DNA of 64,000 bases from an uncultured virus (IMG/VR IMGVR_UViG_3300005965_000003) (IMGVR_UViG_3300005965_000003), one strand, 5' to 3'; shown: positions 1 through 10,118, counted from the stretch's first letter. The notes: generated by a model from the sequence alone, not told the origin. Made by a program: numbers and translations.

Positions 1-1320
1 CAAATAAACATTAACGAAGATTACATTAGGCAATTTAATAATGTAATTAGATTTTCGTATAATAGATTTAAGGAAAATCCTAAAGCTAAGTTAAGCGATA
101 TTGAAAAGATTGTTAAAGAGAAAATGAACAATATAGGGATGCTTGATGCATCCATAATTAAAGTAGCGGTTAATAAAGCTAAAGGTTTGATTAAAAAAGA
201 TAAGGTTATCTTTGGTGGTAAAGGTAACTTTATTAAAAGAATTAAAGGATTAATTACTAAAGATGAATGGAAAGATTTAAGGAATTTTCCTCTAATGTTA
301 AGAGGTTCCTCAAGCGACAATAAAGGCAACCGTAAAGCAGAATTAAAAATTGTTGAGGATAATTGTATATTAATAAAATTAAATAGAAATGAACACTTTA
401 ATGTACAATTACCAAGATTAAATAAAAAACATAAAGAACAATTAAGTAAACTACAGTTGCTTTGTGAAAACAAAAATGGTTGTTTTTCTTTACAAATTAA
501 TAAAGATTACATATGGATTTCATTCGAAGAATTAATAAAACAAGAAAAAGAAAGAAAAATTGTTAAAGATAGAGTTTTGTCTTTTGACATGAATCCAAAT
601 TATATTGGCGTTGCCATAGTTGATTGGAAAGATCAAGACAATAAAGAAGTTATTCATAAGGAAATTATTTCTTTTAAAGAATTAAACGACATAGATGTTC
701 GGAGGTTGCCTTCAGATAAAAAGAAAATTAAGGTAAACAATAAAAGAAGACATGAAGTTTTTAATGTTTCAAAATACATTATCAATCTTGTTAAACATTT
801 TGAATGTGAATTTTTATCCTTTGAAAAATTGAATATGAAATCATCAAATAAGAAAAAAGGTAAAAGATTTAATAGATTGGTTAATAATAATTGGTTAAGA
901 GTCCCTTTTGTTAATAATTTAAAGAAAAGATGTAACATTGAAGGAATTAAGTTTCAGGAAATAGTTCCTGAATATAGTTCTTTTATTGGACAAATTAATA
1001 ATCCTAAAGAAGTTGATTCCATAGCTGCCGCTATGGAAATTTCAAGAAGAACTTATCTATTTATTAAGATATATAAACAAAAAACTTTAAGTAACCAAAA
1101 TATAGTATTTCCTGATTTTAATGTCGGTTCTTTAGATGATCATTGGAAGAAAACACTAAAGGATACTTTAAACAGCATTAAATCATGGAAACAACTATAT
1201 GAATGGTTTAAGAAATCTAAAACCAGTTATAGATTTCTTTTTAATCCTAACGATGATAGGATTAATTCTTTTAGGTTATTTTCTGTAAAAAGTAAACTAT
1301 ATAGGTATATTTTTACATGA
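1..1320 (+). CDS. tnpB: IS200/IS605/IS607-type TnpB-related RuvC nuclease, 5'-truncated by the window edge
   Basis: Frame open from base 1 (QININEDYIRQFNNVIRFSYNRF...); VIFGGK..KGN segment; RuvC-like D (LSFDMNP), E (FEKL), D (VDSIAAA); much more AT-rich than neighbours. Confidence 0.8.
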   Translation, partial: QININEDYIRQFNNVIRFSYNRFKENPKAKLSDIEKIVKEKMNNIGMLDASIIKVAVNKAKGLIKKDKVIFGGKGNFIKRIKGLITKDEWKDLRNFPLMLRGSSSDNKGNRKAELKIVEDNCILIKLNRNEHFNVQLPRLNKKHKEQLSKLQLLCENKNGCFSLQINKDYIWISFEELIKQEKERKIVKDRVLSFDMNPNYIGVAIVDWKDQDNKEVIHKEIISFKELNDIDVRRLPSDKKKIKVNNKRRHEVFNVSKYIINLVKHFECEFLSFEKLNMKSSNKKKGKRFNRLVNNNWLRVPFVNNLKKRCNIEGIKFQEIVPEYSSFIGQINNPKEVDSIAAAMEISRRTYLFIKIYKQKTLSNQNIVFPDFNVGSLDDHWKKTLKDTLNSIKSWKQLYEWFKKSKTSYRFLFNPNDDRINSFRLFSVKSKLYRYIFT

Positions 1321-1336
1321 AATATCTAACTGTATA

Positions 1337-1717
1337 ATGTCTCTTATAGAGCACCTTTCACAACTTAGTCGTAAGGACTGTGAATCCGGTCCTCTTCTCA
1401 ATTCTATTGCAAGTAATCACAATTTTAGATTTATAAGCGGTACCTACCTTACGCAAAGCGGGATAAGAGATATAGACGCAGTTCATGTAAGAGATAAGTT
1501 AATAGAGTCCTGGATTAAAGCTCTAGAATTTTACGATACTAGCAACAATTTCCCTGAGTTTGTTGAGTATACAACTTCATTTTTATCTTCCGAGCTGCAT
1601 AGATTTCTCTTCTTTGTTAATAATAAGGAACTTATACACTTTGCTACCAAAGTAGGCTCTTTACCCCCAATTGTGGAGTACTATTTAAGGTGGAGAATTA
1701 AAAACAGGAATAATTAA
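1337..1717 (+). CDS. hypothetical protein
   Basis: 126-aa ORF in operon; C-terminal ..LPP..YLRWRIK. Confidence 0.65.
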   Translation: MSLIEHLSQLSRKDCESGPLLNSIASNHNFRFISGTYLTQSGIRDIDAVHVRDKLIESWIKALEFYDTSNNFPEFVEYTTSFLSSELHRFLFFVNNKELIHFATKVGSLPPIVEYYLRWRIKNRNN

Positions 1718-1718
1718 T

Positions 1719-2309
1719 ATGGTCAGAGTAGGATTTGTCGGAGTACCCGGCGCTGGGAAGACATCCACCGCCAGGGCTTTATCCGCTTTTTGCCGGAAAA
1801 ATGAAAAGTTCAAGAAAGTAGAACTAATAGCCGAGTACGCAAGAAGATTCATCGCTAAGTATGGGACAGAAACTCTAACGCTTTCAGATCAGTTTAGGAT
1901 CATGGAAAAGCAGCTAGAGTGGGAGGATGTCATCCCTGAAGAATCCACGGACTTACTTATAACCGACAGCCCCGTTCATTTAGGTTTTATCTACGCCCTT
2001 GATCTGCGTAGAAGGAACAATCAAAAAGATACTATGTATATGAACGATATCTATAAAAGGTTGAATAAAATCAACTACCCTACCCGATATGAATACATTT
2101 TTCACTTACCCCCTGTATTTACACCCGTAGAGGATGGGGTAAGATTAGAAAAGCACTTTGAACCTGAATGGAGAAAAGAAGCAGATGCTCGAATAACTAA
2201 TGTCTTCGATCTATTTCCTCCAAGTAATTTCATTACAATCAAATCTGAGAACTTAATGGATAGAGTAGATGAATGTCTATCTCATCTTTCCAAAAGCAAA
2301 AATGTATAA
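1719..2309 (+). CDS. NadR-like P-loop kinase (AAA_28 family)
   Basis: GVPGAGKTS Walker A; EYARRFI; LLITDSP; EDGVR. Confidence 0.8.
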   Translation: MVRVGFVGVPGAGKTSTARALSAFCRKNEKFKKVELIAEYARRFIAKYGTETLTLSDQFRIMEKQLEWEDVIPEESTDLLITDSPVHLGFIYALDLRRRNNQKDTMYMNDIYKRLNKINYPTRYEYIFHLPPVFTPVEDGVRLEKHFEPEWRKEADARITNVFDLFPPSNFITIKSENLMDRVDECLSHLSKSKNV

Positions 2310-2868
2310 AAGAAAATCTATCTTAAGAATTGGGATTGACTTCGATAATACTATTGCTAAGCCAAAAGAATTTGTCGGAAAAGTAGCGGCACGGAGGCTT
2401 GGTTTAAAAGAGTATATCAAAAAGCACAGCTACGATTTTAGAGAGTGTCCTAATGAAATGAGAGAAATGATTTTTTCTCTTTTTTCTGATCCTGAATATA
2501 TGGGCGACCTTATAGCTCTTCCAGGAGCTATTACTAAATTAGCTTCGTGGAAAAAAGAGGGGTGTTCGATTGTTCTTATCACAAATAGGGACGATCATTT
2601 GAAAGAAATTACTGATAATTTTATTTCTACTCATTTCCCTATGATTGAAAAGTCCATTTATGTGGGATCCGGGAACTCTAAAATCGAGGAAATGAAATCT
2701 GAGAGTATTGATGCATGGGTAGACGACTCCCCCACTGAGGTGTGGAACGCCTTAAAGCTTAAGCTTGATACCTGCCTGATTTCCAATTCTGACACTAACT
2801 ATAACTGGCACATACGCGGTAAATTTCCCGGTAGAGTCTTCTCCAGAGTAGCCGACATAAATTTCTAG
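2302..2868 (+). CDS. HAD-family 5'(3')-deoxyribonucleotidase
   Basis: IGIDFDNTI motif I, LITNR, WVDDSP. Confidence 0.8.
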   Translation: MYKRKSILRIGIDFDNTIAKPKEFVGKVAARRLGLKEYIKKHSYDFRECPNEMREMIFSLFSDPEYMGDLIALPGAITKLASWKKEGCSIVLITNRDDHLKEITDNFISTHFPMIEKSIYVGSGNSKIEEMKSESIDAWVDDSPTEVWNALKLKLDTCLISNSDTNYNWHIRGKFPGRVFSRVADINF

Positions 2869-2880
2869 TTAAATTAACTA

Positions 2881-2897
2881 TTTTAAAATAGTATATT
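2881..2897 (+). promoter_or_regulatory. putative phage promoter motif TTTTAAAA(T/A)AGTATATT
   Basis: Recurs upstream of + genes at 7908, 22662, 30138 and degenerate at 23559, 56114, 60365, 63144. Confidence 0.6.
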
Positions 2898-2927
2898 CTG
2901 GAGAATACTTTGATATAAGGAGTCAAG

Positions 2928-3830
2928 ATGAAATCAAAGCCGAAAGTGATTATGACCTTGGGGCTTTCAGGTTGTGGCAAAACGACCTGGGCAAAACAGG
3001 TAATGGCAGATAATCCTGGTATGTACAAAAGAGTGAATAAAGACGATTTGAGAGAGCTTCTGGACCTTAGTGTTCACAGTAAAAGTAATGAGAAATTCGT
3101 CCAGAGCGTAAGGGACTTTATCATCTTAGAAGCCGTAAAAAATGGAAAATCAGTCATCAATGACGATACAAATCTACACCCGAAGCATGAAGAGCAGATT
3201 CGTGAGCTCGTAAAAGATTATGCAGATGTCGAAATAAAATCCTTTATGGATGTACCTATAGATGAGTGTATCCGCCGAGATTCTATGAGGACCGGTAAAG
3301 CTCATCTGGGGGCTAAGATTATACGATCACAGTGGAGCCAGTACAAGAAGTGGCGAAATATCGGACAAAGTCCCTCACCGCTTGTATACAATGAAAATTT
3401 GCCCTGTTGTGTCATTTTCGATATGGACGGGACTTTAGCTCTAATTAAAGATCGCAGTCCTTACGACACTGCCCGGGCTATAAACGATGAGGTAAATCTC
3501 CCGGTAATGCTTCTGGTGAATGGCTATATAAAAATGGTGGTACCTGGTATAGATAATGATCCTAAGATTTTTATAGTTACAGGTCGTGAAGATAAATTTG
3601 AGCAGGTTACCAGAGATTGGCTCGACAAGCACAACATCTATTTTGATGATCTTTTCATGCGCCCCGCTGGTAATAGGGACAAGGATATTGTCATCAAAAA
3701 ACAGATTTATGAGAAACACATAAAGGATAAGTACAACGTACTTGCTATTTATGAGGACAGGAATCAGGTAGTTCAAATGTACAGAGAACTCGGATTGCCC
3801 GTTTTTCAAGTAGCTGACGGAGATTATTAA
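2928..3830 (+). CDS. pseT: polynucleotide 5'-kinase/3'-phosphatase (T4 PseT-like), copy 1
   Basis: GLSGCGKTT P-loop, DDTNL; C-terminal HAD FDMDGTLA, VTGR, EDR..VV.MYR. Confidence 0.9.
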   Translation: MKSKPKVIMTLGLSGCGKTTWAKQVMADNPGMYKRVNKDDLRELLDLSVHSKSNEKFVQSVRDFIILEAVKNGKSVINDDTNLHPKHEEQIRELVKDYADVEIKSFMDVPIDECIRRDSMRTGKAHLGAKIIRSQWSQYKKWRNIGQSPSPLVYNENLPCCVIFDMDGTLALIKDRSPYDTARAINDEVNLPVMLLVNGYIKMVVPGIDNDPKIFIVTGREDKFEQVTRDWLDKHNIYFDDLFMRPAGNRDKDIVIKKQIYEKHIKDKYNVLAIYEDRNQVVQMYRELGLPVFQVADGDY

Positions 3831-3940
3831 TCAATGCGTCAAAATGTAATAGAAAGGATTCTTATGAAGAACCTTAATTCTTTTGATGAAGTCCTGGTCC
3901 ATCGAATGAACGTTTTCTATTGCTTTTAGGAGGAAGTAAT

Positions 3941-4627
3941 ATGGCTGCGTCTGTAATAGTTTTAAATCAAGCTGAACAATTTTGGGATGAAGTAGATATT
4001 AAAGGCTTCATTAGTCTTTTAATGCGTGGGTGCATCGAAATTATAAAAGTAGATGAGTCAGCAACTATTTGCAGCGCAGATCCTAAGAATGAATATTTAA
4101 AGGATCTCATGGACGTTAAAGGATCAGAAAAACTCTTTATCCGTGATCCTCAAAATCAGTTTATAGTTAAAATACGGCTACCTTTGATTGTAAAACTTGT
4201 AAATGGGTGGATTGGGTACAAGTTTAAAAAAGATAGCGTAAAATATAGCGATAATGCGGTTTTTGACCGGGATAATAATACCTGTCAGTACTGGCACTAT
4301 GATGAAAATGGTAACAGATACAAAAAGAAGCTTGCTGCTCAACAACGTACAATAGACCACGTATACCCAAGATCTCGTGGAGGGGAAACCAACTTTGAGA
4401 ATTGTGTCTGTGCTTGTGTGGAATGTAATACCAAAAAGAAAAGAAACCGCACTCCAAAGGAAGCAGGGTTGGAGTTAATCCGGACACCCAAGCCGCCTCA
4501 TATAAAGAAGGGTGATTTGGTAATAATGAAGTTCAACTTCAATCCAAAAAAGCGGTCTCATGTAGCTCTACTGGAACTTTATTACGGATCTATAGAAAAG
4601 GCAGGTATTACAAATGCATACACCTGA
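3941..4627 (+). CDS. HNH endonuclease (McrA-like)
   Basis: RDNNTCQY; TIDHVYPRSRGG..ENCVCACVECNTKK..RTP; AGGAGG RBS. Confidence 0.9.
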   Translation: MAASVIVLNQAEQFWDEVDIKGFISLLMRGCIEIIKVDESATICSADPKNEYLKDLMDVKGSEKLFIRDPQNQFIVKIRLPLIVKLVNGWIGYKFKKDSVKYSDNAVFDRDNNTCQYWHYDENGNRYKKKLAAQQRTIDHVYPRSRGGETNFENCVCACVECNTKKKRNRTPKEAGLELIRTPKPPHIKKGDLVIMKFNFNPKKRSHVALLELYYGSIEKAGITNAYT

Positions 4628-4822
4628 AAAAGCAATCTATGCGCTTTCTGCGGACCCCGTTACTAATGGGCATATTAATATTATTGAACGTAGTATAAAA
4701 ATGTTCGGTAGCTTAATGGTGGCTGTTGGTAATAACCCACAGAAGAAATATGTTTTTGATAAAGACGAAAGAGTGGCTCTCATTAGGAGAGCCCTTTTTC
4801 CTAGGTATGCGGATAAACTTAC
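4614..4822 (+). pseudogene. coaD: N-terminal fragment of phosphopantetheine adenylyltransferase
   Basis: AIYALSADPVTNGHINIIERS..VAVGNNPQKKYVF..ER; similarity stops at an IS-end hairpin. Confidence 0.85.
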
Positions 4823-4868
4823 GAAAGTGAGCGGGAAAGCCCACGACTTTAGTCGTGGGAGTACGTCA
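4823..4868 (+). mobile_element. IS200/IS605-family end remnant (PATE-like, ~46 bp)
   Basis: GAGCGGGAAAGCCCACGACTTTAGTCGTGGGAGTACGTCA with hairpin CCCACGACT/AGTCGTGGG (4840-4859); preceded by TTAC. Confidence 0.75.
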
Positions 4869-5356
4869 GAGATGAAGAAAACTTATTCATAGACCTAAAA
4901 GAGCTCGGAAGTATAATCTTCAATTCCAAAGAGAAGCTGGCTGAATTCAACAGAATCACGTATGATGTATTTCTTTTCTGTGTAAAAAAAGAGATATATA
5001 ACACTGAAGGTATTGCTATTGTTAATTCAGCTCTGCTAGTAGAATCAAATTTACTCCCCTACTGCAACAACGAAGTCATAATAGTTACTGCCGACGAGGG
5101 AGTAAGAGTAAATAGGCTAAGAGACCGAGGGTACCCTGAGGAAGAAATACAAAAAAGAATGTCGGCTCAATTATCTGCTAAATCAAAGATAGAAGAAACT
5201 TATAAACAAATAGGACAAGCAAGATACGGAAAATTATGGGATATTAAAAATAATGATTTACCGGTAGATAGAATAAAAAGCATACTAAATCAAATCTTTG
5301 TAGGGGAGTTAGGCTATGGCTCTCAATCAACTTTCCAAGCTCTTCCACAAGCTTAA
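4869..5356 (+). pseudogene. coaE: C-terminal fragment of dephospho-CoA kinase, P-loop missing
   Basis: Frame of ORF 5159 read upstream: IDLKELGSIIFNSKEKLAEFN..VNSALLVE..VIIVTADEGVRVNRLRDRG..QKRMSAQL. Confidence 0.75.
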
Positions 5357-5984
5357 TCCGCACCTTAACCCTACTTTCTTATCAGATACTATCAATCTGA
5401 TAAGGTCTTGCTATACCGAGAGGCACAGACACTACCATAACTTTTTTCATCTTTCGGAGTGCGTGAAAGAAGCTGAAGTAATAGAAGGTAAATTTTCTAA
5501 TTATGACGCAGCTCTGTTTGCTCTGATCTATCATGATTTATATTGGATTCCGAATAGTAAGACAAACGAAGAAATGAGCGCTGACAGAGCCTATTACGAT
5601 GCTCACCAATTGGGGATGAGCAAAGATTTTTGCAATACTGTAAGAAGTCTTATCCTTTCTACTCGCCACAATAGTACAGACGTTGATAATTTAGATACTG
5701 CTCTTGTAAGAGATATAGACTTTTGTATCCTCGGGAAGGATCCAGGGCATTATCTTTGCTACGAGTCCGGGGTGAAACTTGAATACACAAGTTTCTTCGA
5801 CAAAAATCACTATTTAGAAGGACGTGTTAAATTTCTGGAAATGATATTAAGAAGAAAACACATATTTTTTACGAATCTTTTTCAGGATAGATACGCAGAG
5901 CAAGCTCGAAAAAACATAAGGACTACTTTAGCTTGCTTTGAGAATAACGACTTTAACCTTACTAAGTGGATGTTGAGATACTAA
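5316..5984 (+). CDS. HD-superfamily metal-dependent phosphohydrolase
   Basis: HRHYHN..H, YHD, NEEMSA, DIDFCILG, ARKNI. Confidence 0.85.
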   Translation: MALNQLSKLFHKLNPHLNPTFLSDTINLIRSCYTERHRHYHNFFHLSECVKEAEVIEGKFSNYDAALFALIYHDLYWIPNSKTNEEMSADRAYYDAHQLGMSKDFCNTVRSLILSTRHNSTDVDNLDTALVRDIDFCILGKDPGHYLCYESGVKLEYTSFFDKNHYLEGRVKFLEMILRRKHIFFTNLFQDRYAEQARKNIRTTLACFENNDFNLTKWMLRY

Positions 5985-7012
5985 TGACTTTACTCTCTCG
6001 TGATAAATTTAGAGAGACAGTATTCCAAAGGGACAATTACAAGTGCGTCGTCTGTGGAGCTCCCGCAGTAGATGCCCATCACATAATTGATAGATCTCTT
6101 TGGGACGATGGGGGATACTATTTAGACAATGGAGTATCCCTATGCGAGGAGCACCACCTGGCTGCTGAACGAACCACCATCTCCTGCAACGATCTTAGGG
6201 AAAAAGCCAAAATTAAACAGAAAATCCTACCGGAGCATTTTTACTCAGATAGAGAATATGATAAGTGGGGTAATATTATATTGCCTACTGGAGTCAGAGT
6301 AAAAGGTGAGATTTTTCAAAATGAGAATGTACAAAAGATGCTGCGAGAGGGTAGCGTCTTACAGTTATTTTCTCCTTATATAAAGTATCCACGCACATAC
6401 CATTTTTCGTTTTCTCCTGGTCTTCAGAACGATGACAAGATGCATGAAAACGATGACTTCTTTCAGGGGAAAGAGGTTGTAGCGACTGTTAAGATGGATG
6501 GCGAAAATTTGACGATGTACCCAGACTATCTCCATGCCAGATCATTGGATTCTAAAAACCACCCATCGAGAAATTATGTAAAACAAATGCACGGTTATAT
6601 TTCTCACCAGATACCTACTGGGTGGAGGATATGTGGGGAAAATCTTTACGCAGAGCACTCAATACATTATGATAACCTGGAAGATTATTTCTTGGTCTTT
6701 TCTATCTGGGACGAAAACAACTTTTGTTTAAGCTGGGAAGATACCCAAGTCTATGCAAAAGTTTTAGGTTTAAAGTTAGTAGATGAAATCTATAAAGGCA
6801 TTTATGATAAAGAAAAAATTCTTAATGCTTTTAAACGCTATTCAGATAAATCCAAAGATGAAGTTGAGGGGTTTGTTGTACGGTTGTCCGAAAAGTTCCA
6901 TTATAAAGAATTTAGAAAAAAAGTGGCTAAATACGTACGCAGTAACCACGTACAGACGGATCAGTTTTGGATGAATAAACCGGTTGTGCCTAATCATTTG
7001 AGAAAAATATGA
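5984..7012 (+). CDS. HNH domain fused to ATP-dependent RNA ligase
   Basis: N-term RDNYKCVVC..DAHHI..NGVSLCEEHH; C-term KYPRTYH, KMDGEN, GEN, EGFV, AKYVR..H. Confidence 0.85.
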   Translation: MTLLSRDKFRETVFQRDNYKCVVCGAPAVDAHHIIDRSLWDDGGYYLDNGVSLCEEHHLAAERTTISCNDLREKAKIKQKILPEHFYSDREYDKWGNIILPTGVRVKGEIFQNENVQKMLREGSVLQLFSPYIKYPRTYHFSFSPGLQNDDKMHENDDFFQGKEVVATVKMDGENLTMYPDYLHARSLDSKNHPSRNYVKQMHGYISHQIPTGWRICGENLYAEHSIHYDNLEDYFLVFSIWDENNFCLSWEDTQVYAKVLGLKLVDEIYKGIYDKEKILNAFKRYSDKSKDEVEGFVVRLSEKFHYKEFRKKVAKYVRSNHVQTDQFWMNKPVVPNHLRKI

Positions 7013-7899
7013 GAACAATTATTCTAACCAAAGGGCTACCTGGATCAGGAAAGAGCACCTGGGCCAAAAAAGAAGTCATAGCACACCCTGGGAAGTACAT
7101 TCGTATAAACCGGGACCTGATGCGCTCTATGCTACTCTGTGGAGAAGGTAATCAAAGAATGGAGAATATGATTACATCCTTCAGGGATAGGATGGTAGAA
7201 ACATCCTTAGCCAAGGGTTTTGATATAATTTTAGATGACACCAACTTGAGTGAGCGTCACTTTCGGGCTATGATAGACATCGCTGATAGATTTGGTAACG
7301 TCCAGGTAATAGAAAAATTCTTTGATACCAGCTTAAAAGAATGTCTGAAAAACAACGAAAATAGAGAAAACCCGGTACCCCCGCATATCATTAAAAAGAT
7401 GCATGATAGATATCTAAAGAACAAAAAGGTAGAAGCAAGAACATACTTCTCTCCCCCTAAAAAATTAAAAAAAGAAGACGAAAGCAAAACCTCAGCTTTT
7501 ATTTTGGATATAGACGGCACTCTAGCCTTGAACCTCGGTAAAAGAGATTATTATGATCTCTCTACTGTTCTTAACGATGATCCTCATACAGATATTATTA
7601 CGATAGCCAATGCCTTAAAGAAGGCTGGGCACACTATAATTATAGTCTCTGGCAGGGATGACGTTAGCAAAGAAGACACAATTCTATGGTTAAATAGCCA
7701 CGGCGTGCTTTTTGACGAGATCTATATGAGAAAAACCGGAGACGTGCGAAAGGATTGGATAATTAAAGAAGAATTTTATAATAGGCATCTGAAAAACAAG
7801 TACGCCATTAAAGGTGTAATTGATGATAGGCCTCAAGTGGTCCGGATGTGGAGAAGAATAGGAATGACCGCTCTTCAAATAAACGATTTTGATTTTTAG
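7009..7899 (+). CDS. pseT: polynucleotide 5'-kinase/3'-phosphatase, copy 2
   Basis: GLPGSGKST, INRD, DDTNL; LDIDGTLA, VSGR, DDRPQVVRMWR. Confidence 0.9.
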   Translation: MRTIILTKGLPGSGKSTWAKKEVIAHPGKYIRINRDLMRSMLLCGEGNQRMENMITSFRDRMVETSLAKGFDIILDDTNLSERHFRAMIDIADRFGNVQVIEKFFDTSLKECLKNNENRENPVPPHIIKKMHDRYLKNKKVEARTYFSPPKKLKKEDESKTSAFILDIDGTLALNLGKRDYYDLSTVLNDDPHTDIITIANALKKAGHTIIIVSGRDDVSKEDTILWLNSHGVLFDEIYMRKTGDVRKDWIIKEEFYNRHLKNKYAIKGVIDDRPQVVRMWRRIGMTALQINDFDF

Positions 7900-7940
7900 A
7901 TTACTAATTTAAAATAGTATATTACCTTGAGGGGCAAATC

Positions 7941-8705
7941 ATGAAATACATTTTAAAAATATCCAAAGTAATTTCCACGATACTAAGTGACTGGACACTC
8001 TTTGTCGTAAAGGGTATCCCTATAAAGGCTCACTGCAGCTTTTACATTATTCCTATAATAATGGCTTACGGCATAATTCGATTGATGATTACCGGCGACT
8101 CCCAATGGATTTCCGAATGTGAAAATTTGGTTAAATTCATCATCCTTTTCGGCACCGTCACTATACACGAACTGGGGCACTCCCTTTGGGCCAAAAAGAA
8201 AGGATATCCAACTAAGGATATCTTACTGATAGCTATCGGCGGTTTAGCTCGAATAAATAAGCTCCCAAACAAGCCAAAAGAAGAATTAGGCATCGCCGTC
8301 GCAGGACCTTTAACCAACGTTCTTATAGCATTTATTTTCTTTGTCATAGCGTTATTTTTAGACTATGGACTTATTAACTGGGTGTGGCAGATAAACATAG
8401 CAATCCTAATCTTTAATTTGGTTCCTGCTTATCCTATGGATGGCGGTAGGATCCTTAGGGCACTCTTAAACTATTTTGTAGAAGATAAGAAAGCTACAAA
8501 GTTTGCCTCCATTACAGCTTTGGGATTTTTTTCCCTTTTCATTTTTGGAGGCTTTTACCTAAAGGTTTATAATCTCGCTTTTATAGGTGCCTTTATGGCT
8601 CTTATGCTATCCATTGAATTAGTAGTAAGGAAAAAGAAACCCGAGCTTTTATATGATAGCTACAAAGAAATAGAGACGCCATTAGGTACAGTCAGCTATA
8701 CTTAA
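7941..8705 (+). CDS. M50 family site-2 membrane metalloprotease
   Basis: HELGH, AGPLTN, FNLVPAYPMDGGRIL; hydrophobic segments. Confidence 0.92.
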   Translation: MKYILKISKVISTILSDWTLFVVKGIPIKAHCSFYIIPIIMAYGIIRLMITGDSQWISECENLVKFIILFGTVTIHELGHSLWAKKKGYPTKDILLIAIGGLARINKLPNKPKEELGIAVAGPLTNVLIAFIFFVIALFLDYGLINWVWQINIAILIFNLVPAYPMDGGRILRALLNYFVEDKKATKFASITALGFFSLFIFGGFYLKVYNLAFIGAFMALMLSIELVVRKKKPELLYDSYKEIETPLGTVSYT

Positions 8706-9370
8706 GCAGGACACAAAGATAACAAATCGTTCTTAATTTTATACCGCAGGGTCTTCACTTTCATTTTCCTCAGCTCAGACAGTACAAACCCATCATAACT
8801 AGCACAAATCGTAACTGGCTGCACTTTGGAATATAACTTATAATGGAGCTTTAACCTGATAGCAAGCTCGTACTTCATTACCTGACCGATTAAAGCGTGC
8901 GTACCCTCCCCTCTTTTCACCTCAACCGGATAAGCAGTATCTTTATCGTGATAAAGCATATCCACCCTTCCGTAAGGGTCACAAGGATGTTCCAGGTTAT
9001 AAAGGTGTAAATCGTCGGAGCCCCCGATTAAGGATTTCAAATCTGAAAGTGCATCAAAATGCACTTTTCTTGTTACTTCGACCTCTTTAATCGATTTAGT
9101 AGAGATACCGTCACCGGAAGGTGCAGCATTCTGCACTTCTTTTACCCAATTTTTAGGGCTGATGCTTCCCGAGCTTAGAGCTTGCCTAATTTCTTTAAGT
9201 TGCTCTAATTGTGTTTTATTCAGAGAATGCTTAGTACCCGACTTCTTAAACTCTTCCTTTAAAAATTCATAGTACATCAGGGTATCGTTCAAGTTCCCGT
9301 GGAGGTAGGAATAGTAGCAGGAATAAAAGAGGGTCTCAATCAAAATAAAAATCTCCATGTAAATGTTCAT
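8702..9370 (-). CDS. PD-(D/E)XK nuclease, NucS/EndoMS C-terminal-like
   Basis: EH..GRVDML..VEVKR..ALIGQVMKY. Confidence 0.65.
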   Translation of the reverse strand: MNIYMEIFILIETLFYSCYYSYLHGNLNDTLMYYEFLKEEFKKSGTKHSLNKTQLEQLKEIRQALSSGSISPKNWVKEVQNAAPSGDGISTKSIKEVEVTRKVHFDALSDLKSLIGGSDDLHLYNLEHPCDPYGRVDMLYHDKDTAYPVEVKRGEGTHALIGQVMKYELAIRLKLHYKLYSKVQPVTICASYDGFVLSELRKMKVKTLRYKIKNDLLSLCPA

Positions 9371-9386
9371 CTACATGGAGATATAG

Positions 9387-9398
9387 ATTAAAAGATTA
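9387..9398 (-). promoter_or_regulatory. putative late-promoter motif T(A/T)ATCTTTT(A/G)AT
   Basis: Same 12-mer upstream of genes at 21734-21745(-), 22632-22643(-), 32124-32135(+). Confidence 0.55.
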
Positions 9399-10118
9399 TT
9401 GTAATGGGTTTAGCATTAACGCTAAGGCATCTGCTGCTTCAGGGTACCAATGATATACCATGGAGCACACGGTCCCCACAGAGCCATTAATAAGCACATA
9501 GCAATGGTCATCTAGGATGATATGAGATACACCACCATACTCGTCTTTTAGAGTCAGCAGAGGCTGTACATGAGAGCCGTTATCTAAAATGGCATATGGA
9601 TCTGGTTGCGGTTGAATCTCATATTTAGCTAATTTTTCAAAAAAGGACTGTACTAATTTATGCGCTTTTTTCCGAATACCCATCTGCTGGAGTTTAGACC
9701 AATCTTCAACTTTTTCAGCCCCGGGCTCAGGGGAAGGCCCAAACTGACCCCCATGCTGCATTTCTTGGTGTATATGTTCTGTTTCGTGGGGGATTACAAC
9801 ATCACGAATATAAGTCTTTACCAACTCTGCCATTTTTATCTGATCCTCTGGATCAGTCATCTTATATTCGTTTTGGTGCATTCTTTGGAAGGTATTCTTT
9901 ATATCTCTTAGACAAAGATGTATGACTCGCTGTTTACCAGGACGCCCCTTGATAAGATCCTCATTTGTCACCCATCCTGCTTTTCCAGGAGGGCAGGCAT
10001 TCTCTAATTTAATTACATCCACATTCTTTAAAGCTGGGCCTAATTCCTGAACAGCCTTTTGCACTAAAGAATCGAACGGAGTTACTACCACAGGGGAATT
10101 CCTAAATTCCATAATCAT
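9396..10118 (-). CDS. hypothetical protein with zincin-like HEXXH
   Basis: VIPHETEHIHQE. Confidence 0.6.
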   Translation of the reverse strand: MIMEFRNSPVVVTPFDSLVQKAVQELGPALKNVDVIKLENACPPGKAGWVTNEDLIKGRPGKQRVIHLCLRDIKNTFQRMHQNEYKMTDPEDQIKMAELVKTYIRDVVIPHETEHIHQEMQHGGQFGPSPEPGAEKVEDWSKLQQMGIRKKAHKLVQSFFEKLAKYEIQPQPDPYAILDNGSHVQPLLTLKDEYGGVSHIILDDHCYVLINGSVGTVCSMVYHWYPEAADALALMLNPLQ

